From the sequence record PZ476263.1: a stretch of DNA of 64,000 nucleotides. One strand, given 5' to 3'. The position numbers and the translations under genes are program-made. This DNA comes from a phage. The notes beneath the pieces are model-generated. The model was not told where the DNA came from and ran no database searches. It saw only the letters and a list, made by a program, of their open reading frames with translations. Positions 58,820 to 64,000 of the stretch are shown in pieces (position 1 is the stretch's first letter; each line of letters begins with the position of its first letter).

Positions 58820-59977
58820 TTAGAATGGAATTTCATCATCGAAATCCATCATTCCGTCTGCAACCGACATATCGATGTGACCATCTGAAATCGTAGATTG
58901 AGGAGCATCTTCTTCACTAGGCTTCAGATCCTGCTGTTTTACAGGATCCTCTACCTTGCCACCATTTCGAATCTTATCTTCCAGAGAATTAATGAATCGG
59001 AATGTTTCTTCTGTTTTCTGAATAAATGCATCAATACTTTCATTTCCCCAACGAGCAGAAAGAATACCGGACTGACCTAAACGTGCACCAAATGCATAAT
59101 CATCTAAAGATTTAAATTCATCACGTAGCTTGGCTTTAACAGAATCCATAGCTTGAAGGATCTGTTCTACGATAACACCTTTTTCCAAAACTGATTGTTC
59201 AGGGAACATAGCTTCAGAAATTGAAAGGGCATTTCCGAGGCGAATAGGTAGATCATCTTTCTTACTGCCGCCGGACTTATTGCCTGTTGAGCCGCCTGAA
59301 TTTTTAGGACCATACGCTTTAAAGTTAGTTACTTTACCTTCACCATCCCGCAGACCTGCAATTCGACCATCTTTAGCAATTTGAGCCAACTGATCATTAG
59401 AAAGAACGACAAAAACTTCTTCACCACTTTCCACTTTCACAACCACACGATTCCCATCTACCGATGTAATATCACCATAGATTTTAGTTGCCGTTGCAGA
59501 AGACGTTTGCTGGCCTTGCTGTGCTGACTGTTGGCGAGCCTCTCGTGCACCGGAAGCGTCCGTAACCTTAATCTTAGATTTCTTACCTTCAATTGATTCA
59601 CCTTGCTCACCATTAGCACGAGTAAAGACTTTCTTTGAAACAGGTAGACGAATCTTCATACCCTCTTTCAGATCAACGTAGCCACCTTCAGGATTCTTAA
59701 TCTGGAACTGATTTTCATACTTCAGATTCTTAACTTCACCTTCACCAAAAGAAATCCAAGCCTGATCTTCACCTTCTTTCAACAGAACAGAATATCGATG
59801 AGTATTGTTAATGCTCTTTTGTTGGCCTGTGCTCTTATCCTTGAATGTCGTAACTCGTGGACTGCCGTCTTCATTAATACGTTTGATAACGATTCGCTCA
59901 ATAGTACCCGCAGCGATAGAAACAGTAACATCGTTAACAGCATCGTATACAGAATTAATAACTTTAACTTCAGACAT
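58820..59977 (-). CDS. SSB-like ssDNA-binding protein (long form) with acidic C-terminal tail
   Basis: C-terminus DGMMDFDDEIPF mirrors bacterial SSB tail DFDDDIPF; Gly/Ser/Gln-rich linker. Confidence 0.45.
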   Translation of the reverse strand: MSEVKVINSVYDAVNDVTVSIAAGTIERIVIKRINEDGSPRVTTFKDKSTGQQKSINNTHRYSVLLKEGEDQAWISFGEGEVKNLKYENQFQIKNPEGGYVDLKEGMKIRLPVSKKVFTRANGEQGESIEGKKSKIKVTDASGAREARQQSAQQGQQTSSATATKIYGDITSVDGNRVVVKVESGEEVFVVLSNDQLAQIAKDGRIAGLRDGEGKVTNFKAYGPKNSGGSTGNKSGGSKKDDLPIRLGNALSISEAMFPEQSVLEKGVIVEQILQAMDSVKAKLRDEFKSLDDYAFGARLGQSGILSARWGNESIDAFIQKTEETFRFINSLEDKIRNGGKVEDPVKQQDLKPSEEDAPQSTISDGHIDMSVADGMMDFDDEIPF

Positions 59978-60055
59978 TCAAACTCTCCTTTATTGATTAC
60001 CCTTTCGGGAACAGAAACTATATTACTACTTCAAAACTTCAATTGCAACTACTTT

Positions 60056-60442
60056 TTACAAATAAACACGTTTAGTTTTAGAATCCACACCCTCAAAAAG
60101 TTCATTGATAATGTTTAAATCTTTGATAAAGCGAACAGTAAAGTCCTCATCTTTCAATGCTCGTAAACGGTCACGTTTTACAATCTTAGGTTCACCGTCA
60201 TCATAATTCAAAACATCAGTTAGATCAAAGAGAGTGATCGTAATTTTTGCGTAAGTTTCCTTATCTATTTTTTGGTTCTTGTCAATCCCATAGACTGACG
60301 CAATTTCAAGTTCGTCTGTATCTTTACTGTATACAATGTTGGTATTCATTGCATACTCTACATCAGTCCATTTTGTGATATTACGAGTTGCAGATTTAAT
60401 TTTCCAACTATCGTCTAATTCGTATTTATCAAAAACGCTCAT
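60056..60442 (-). CDS. hypothetical protein
   Basis: 128 aa ORF. Confidence 0.35.
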   Translation of the reverse strand: MSVFDKYELDDSWKIKSATRNITKWTDVEYAMNTNIVYSKDTDELEIASVYGIDKNQKIDKETYAKITITLFDLTDVLNYDDGEPKIVKRDRLRALKDEDFTVRFIKDLNIINELFEGVDSKTKRVYL

Positions 60443-60498
60443 CTTTATCTCCTTCGTTTAGGTTGAGGTAATCATCTTACCCCAACCTTTATTACCTG

Positions 60499-60942
60499 TC
60501 AATACTCTGCGCGAGGTTTAACTACACCAGCTTTAGAAATTGGAAGCTCATCTGCATCTTTACCACGAAGACTATTGATCCATTCCCGTTCTGTCATGAC
60601 ATATTCGTGGTTGTCCTCTTTTGCTAGGCGAACATAAATTTCATAAGCTGACTCTCCGACGGGTCCCATATTACCTCGATCACCTTGTGGACCAGATAAA
60701 ATCTTTTCTACCTGTGCTTTTTCAACGACAGGTTTTGATTTGTATAGCGACCAAATCAGCAGGCCAGTCCAAATAGCCAGACCCGCAAAAGGGTAAATCG
60801 ACAATACAAGTCCCAACAAAGAAAGGATTAAAATAATGTGTTTGTTAAGATGGTCCCGCTTATAAGCGATAACTACAGGAACAAACCAGATCGCCAATAC
60901 AATTAAAGACAGAAAAAGAAAAATTACTATTGCAACATCCAT
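60499..60942 (-). CDS. membrane-anchored protein carrying a short collagen-like/fiber motif
   Basis: two N-terminal TM helices then GPQGDRGNMGPVGESAYEIYV...WINSLRG, the same motif found in the 1262-aa fiber. Confidence 0.45.
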   Translation of the reverse strand: MDVAIVIFLFLSLIVLAIWFVPVVIAYKRDHLNKHIILILSLLGLVLSIYPFAGLAIWTGLLIWSLYKSKPVVEKAQVEKILSGPQGDRGNMGPVGESAYEIYVRLAKEDNHEYVMTEREWINSLRGKDADELPISKAGVVKPRAEY

Positions 60943-60957
60943 AATGACCTCCTCAGA

Positions 60958-61161
60958 TTAATCGCTTAAAGTAACAGTATCGAAAAACACATCCCGCATC
61001 CACTCTTCAGCGGGACGAATGTAATAACCAGTTTTACCTAGAGATTGGTAATATTTTAAAATCTCTTTGGCAATATCTTTAGTCAAACCTGCCGCTACAA
61101 TACAGCCACCAGGTCCAGAGACTACATGTGTTTTGTATTTATCATTTTTGTTTTTGCTCAT
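60958..61161 (-). CDS. hypothetical protein
   Basis: 67 aa ORF. Confidence 0.3.
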   Translation of the reverse strand: MSKNKNDKYKTHVVSGPGGCIVAAGLTKDIAKEILKYYQSLGKTGYYIRPAEEWMRDVFFDTVTLSD

Positions 61162-61450
61162 TATTCTCTCCCTCTAATTTTTGTTTAAGTTTTTCTGCAT
61201 CCCAACTGTATGAGCTTGGAAGCCCCATTTTAACGTCACTATCTGTAAATGTACATAAAACACCTTTTGCGTCCTGACCCCGTTTAATTATAGAACTATT
61301 ATTATAGTTCGGTTGACTTTTACAAAATTTGTGCAGACTAATAATTTCACTTGGGGTTAAGGATGGTAATTTAGAATAAGAATCTGGTTTTTCATCTTTT
61401 AAATCACAACCTGCAAGAAGAAAAATAAAAGCAACGATTAATTTTTTCAA
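61142..61450 (-). CDS. lipoprotein
   Basis: signal peptide with lipobox LLAGC; 102 aa. Confidence 0.5.
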   Translation of the reverse strand: MKKLIVAFIFLLAGCDLKDEKPDSYSKLPSLTPSEIISLHKFCKSQPNYNNSSIIKRGQDAKGVLCTFTDSDVKMGLPSSYSWDAEKLKQKLEGENNEQKQK

Positions 61451-61597
61451 TTCACGATCCTCCCCAATACTTAAACAATTCTACACATGCGATTGTTGAC
61501 AGTATGAACCATATGGCACTTACAACATTTACATACAGGAATCTACAACCTGCCATAGAAACCATTATAAAGAGGCAGACAAAAGTTTTATAATCAA

Positions 61598-62002
61598 TCA
61601 TTTCTTACTCTCCTTTTTTGATTTTTCGTCTGCATCTACCTGATCTTCCGCCAGACTAATTATCTGATAAACTGTTTCAGGGTTTTGAAGAAACTCTGTA
61701 TATTTCTTGATCCGAACTACGAGTTTTGAACGAACTTTTCTTTCTCTTTCTACTTGCTTGAAGTAATGACCCTTCTGAGTATAAGTCCACGCATAGTAAA
61801 CTGTTTTTGCACGATGGCGGGTTGATTTTAATTTCTCCGCCAGCTCCGTATACGGGTCATTATCTGTGGGACCAAAAAGAAAAATTTGTGCAAAATTCTC
61901 TTTCATAATTTGAGATTCTTCAGGTGTCAGTCGTGGACACTCTTCGGAACCGTACTTAGGACCTTTTACCATTGGTTTTTTAGGATAAACTTTACTATTC
62001 AT
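61598..62002 (-). CDS. hypothetical protein
   Basis: 134 aa ORF. Confidence 0.35.
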   Translation of the reverse strand: MNSKVYPKKPMVKGPKYGSEECPRLTPEESQIMKENFAQIFLFGPTDNDPYTELAEKLKSTRHRAKTVYYAWTYTQKGHYFKQVERERKVRSKLVVRIKKYTEFLQNPETVYQIISLAEDQVDADEKSKKESKK

Positions 62003-62077
62003 ATTAATACCTCACTCCCGTTATGTTACTTTTACTCCGATGTAAGAGGGGTATTATAACCCCTCTCGATTTATTTA

Positions 62078-62707
62078 TCAATCACAACTTGAAGAACTTG
62101 AACCGCTATCATAAGAGCTACTGTCATAAGAGCTGGATGAACTCTCATAAGATGATGAAGAAGAACTTGAAGAACAAGATCGACTAGGTTCATCGCTCGC
62201 CATAACAGCGGCATACGTTCCAATACCTCCTAAAACACCTGCTGTTAATGGTACGTCATTGTTGCTGTTGACTTGAGTTGTTCCAGATCGAGATGTCGAA
62301 TTATGGGCCTCTTTAATAAATTTACGTTTAGCCTTTGGCGGCAGTTTCTTACCTTGTGCATAAACAGGAAGGTCAACTTCTTTCAATTTCTCATCTAAAG
62401 GTTTAGCCTTTTTAGGTGGAACTTTTTCAAGCTTAGAAACTTTAACAGTTTTCTTGTCGATGTTAACTCCAACGACGACTTCATTTTCTTCCAGATCGGT
62501 TTCAAATTTTTGAATCTTCGGCTTAGTGAAACGAACACTTTCAGACTTAACATTTAAACCAACAGCTTCAACATATTCTTTTACCTTTTGGGGAGCCTGA
62601 ACATTGTTCACATACTTCCGAGAATTAATATACTCATCAACTTTTGAAGTTTCGATCTTGACAGGTACAAAAATAGATTTCACCCAAGAAAATAATTTTT
62701 TAAACAT
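62078..62707 (-). CDS. hypothetical protein with Ser-rich C-terminal tail
   Basis: C-terminal SSSSSSSSYESSSSSYDSSSYDSGSSSSS. Confidence 0.4.
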   Translation of the reverse strand: MFKKLFSWVKSIFVPVKIETSKVDEYINSRKYVNNVQAPQKVKEYVEAVGLNVKSESVRFTKPKIQKFETDLEENEVVVGVNIDKKTVKVSKLEKVPPKKAKPLDEKLKEVDLPVYAQGKKLPPKAKRKFIKEAHNSTSRSGTTQVNSNNDVPLTAGVLGGIGTYAAVMASDEPSRSCSSSSSSSSYESSSSSYDSSSYDSGSSSSSCD

Positions 62708-62739
62708 AACTTCCTCCTTTCAATTTTTAATTCGAGGCT

Positions 62740-62768
62740 ATTGTAATTCAATAGCCTTTGCTTGTCAA
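62740..62768 (-). promoter_or_regulatory. sigma70-type promoter on minus strand (-35 TTGACA, 17 bp, -10 TACAAT)
   Basis: plus strand ATTGTA (62740-62745) and TGTCAA (62763-62768); upstream of gene starting at 62707. Confidence 0.4.
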
Positions 62769-62774
62769 TAAAAT

Positions 62775-63077
62775 TTAAATACCTTCTTCATCTTTTGGTC
62801 GACATTTCTTTTCCATAGCTTTTAGATTCTTATCAGTTTCTTCTGCGAGATCACGAAGTTTTTTAGCAAGAGGTTCACCAACAACGAACCATTTCTTTAC
62901 CGCAATCTTTGTCAACTTCGATAACCAATCGGCGAAATCTTCCATACGCCAAGCTACCCAACTGATAATCGCTGCAAAAATGTTTACAAACATCAACATA
63001 AATCGATGTGGGTTAATAATGCAAAGAATAACGATAAGGGAAAACATTTTTACAAAGTTAAATACAATTTTACTCAT
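62775..63077 (-). CDS. small membrane protein
   Basis: 100 aa, two hydrophobic helices. Confidence 0.35.
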   Translation of the reverse strand: MSKIVFNFVKMFSLIVILCIINPHRFMLMFVNIFAAIISWVAWRMEDFADWLSKLTKIAVKKWFVVGEPLAKKLRDLAEETDKNLKAMEKKCRPKDEEGI

Positions 63078-63481
63078 TTATTAATAGTCTCCTTAACAGT
63101 GTTTTGAATATTCTCATCCCATATTTCAAGGTCAAAGAATTCTAAAGGGCAATCGCCAATATCGTATGAGTTTGCAGTGCAAGGTGAAACCCAATAGCCT
63201 TCAGCAACTATTGATTGTACGCCTTCTGAACTAACAACATACTCAGTTATATAGGGAACCAAGATCGGTTCTACATCACCACAACCACATCCACAACAAA
63301 AATATTGACCATTTTTCAACTCATAGAGTTTATGTGGTGGTTTGATTATCACCTCTGCTAAAGGATATTCAGAGATGATTGCATCATTATACTGTTGGCC
63401 TCGGAACTTTGCAATAAATTTTAAAAAGTTTTGCGTATGTTTTTCTTGAGCTTCGTATTTACGTAAATTATCAATATTCAT
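63074..63481 (-). CDS. Cys-rich hypothetical protein
   Basis: contains CCGCGCGD and additional Cys. Confidence 0.35.
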   Translation of the reverse strand: MNIDNLRKYEAQEKHTQNFLKFIAKFRGQQYNDAIISEYPLAEVIIKPPHKLYELKNGQYFCCGCGCGDVEPILVPYITEYVVSSEGVQSIVAEGYWVSPCTANSYDIGDCPLEFFDLEIWDENIQNTVKETINK

Positions 63482-63783
63482 TTTTCTTCCTCTTTCCCTC
63501 CAAAGATACTAAAAGCTTTACTGTAGTCAATATGACCATCCACATAATGCTGTTCTTTCAACAGGCATTTCTTGCAAATACGGGATACTCTTGTCATATT
63601 GTCGGGATCATCTATGTACCGTCCTCTTATCGTGGTGTGCATATTTTCTGTTATGACCCACTCATGATTGCAAATAGTTTGAGGGTGTTCTTTTTTCTTT
63701 TTAAAAGGCCACATGTTATTTTCCTTTCTTTGTAATGATGAGTTTAAATTTACCATACACTGAATCAGAAAACAAGACATCAA
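63478..63783 (-). CDS. Cys/His-containing hypothetical protein
   Basis: 101 aa; CNHEW...CKKC. Confidence 0.3.
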   Translation of the reverse strand: MMSCFLIQCMVNLNSSLQRKENNMWPFKKKKEHPQTICNHEWVITENMHTTIRGRYIDDPDNMTRVSRICKKCLLKEQHYVDGHIDYSKAFSIFGGKEEEK

Positions 63784-63913
63784 CTAAAGAATTATCGTCC
63801 GCTTTAACTTTAAGAAAGTTGCGATTGCCACATTGATTAATGACTTCATACTCCTTACCTTCACTAAAAAGACCCCAACCCTTAAAATTACTTTTCTCAC
63901 AGAGTAGCTTCAT
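63716..63913 (-). CDS. hypothetical protein
   Basis: 65 aa ORF. Confidence 0.3.
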   Translation of the reverse strand: MKLLCEKSNFKGWGLFSEGKEYEVINQCGNRNFLKVKADDNSLVDVLFSDSVYGKFKLIITKKGK

Positions 63914-64000
63914 ATTTTATCCCCTTCTCGTCATTTGATGTAGAGATTATAGTTCATAAAGTATGGACCTGTCAACATATTTATATAAATAAAAAGGCCA

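Noticed and set aside
58820-59977. Considered as another tail fiber because it follows the tail genes and is Gly/Ser-rich
   Set aside because: It is on the opposite strand beyond a bidirectional terminator and ends in the SSB-type DFDDEIPF tail; better explained as an early DNA-binding protein.

Overview
This window reads as a contiguous stretch of a tailed dsDNA phage genome. The tRNAs closely resemble enterobacterial ones, so the host is probably an Enterobacterium. All calls rest on reading motifs and synteny by eye; no searches were run.

Layout:
- 1..16589, minus strand: an early/DNA-metabolism arm. It holds a ThyX-like thymidylate synthase, a HAD 5'-nucleotidase, a dNMP kinase, a DEDDy exonuclease, an endonuclease VII-like resolvase, a RuvC-like nuclease, a FEN-like 5'-3' exonuclease, an ATP-dependent DNA ligase and many small ORFs.
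- 16590..16966: an AT-rich divergent control region with back-to-back sigma70-like promoters, a cluster of five GATC sites and direct repeats.
- 16967..20900, plus strand: small early genes plus a tRNA cluster (Ile2/Met-CAU, Tyr, Gly, Gln, Pro and one atypical tRNA-like element) and structured RNA hairpins.
- 20940..58774, plus strand: the late module. It contains a spanin pair, then a terminase large subunit gene that appears to be split by two group I introns, one carrying an HNH homing endonuclease. A lambda-like head follows (portal, scaffold, gpD-like decoration protein, gpE-like major capsid protein), then three collagen-like fiber genes, a P2-like contractile tail and baseplate (sheath, tube, frameshifted chaperone, tape measure, V-W-J-I-H-G order), and further fiber genes.
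- 58820..64000, minus strand: another early block, including an SSB-like protein and small membrane proteins and lipoproteins.

The most notable observation is the doubly intron-split terminase with a 54-nt micro-exon encoding the Walker B motif. No CRISPR array, integrase or recognisable defence system was seen.
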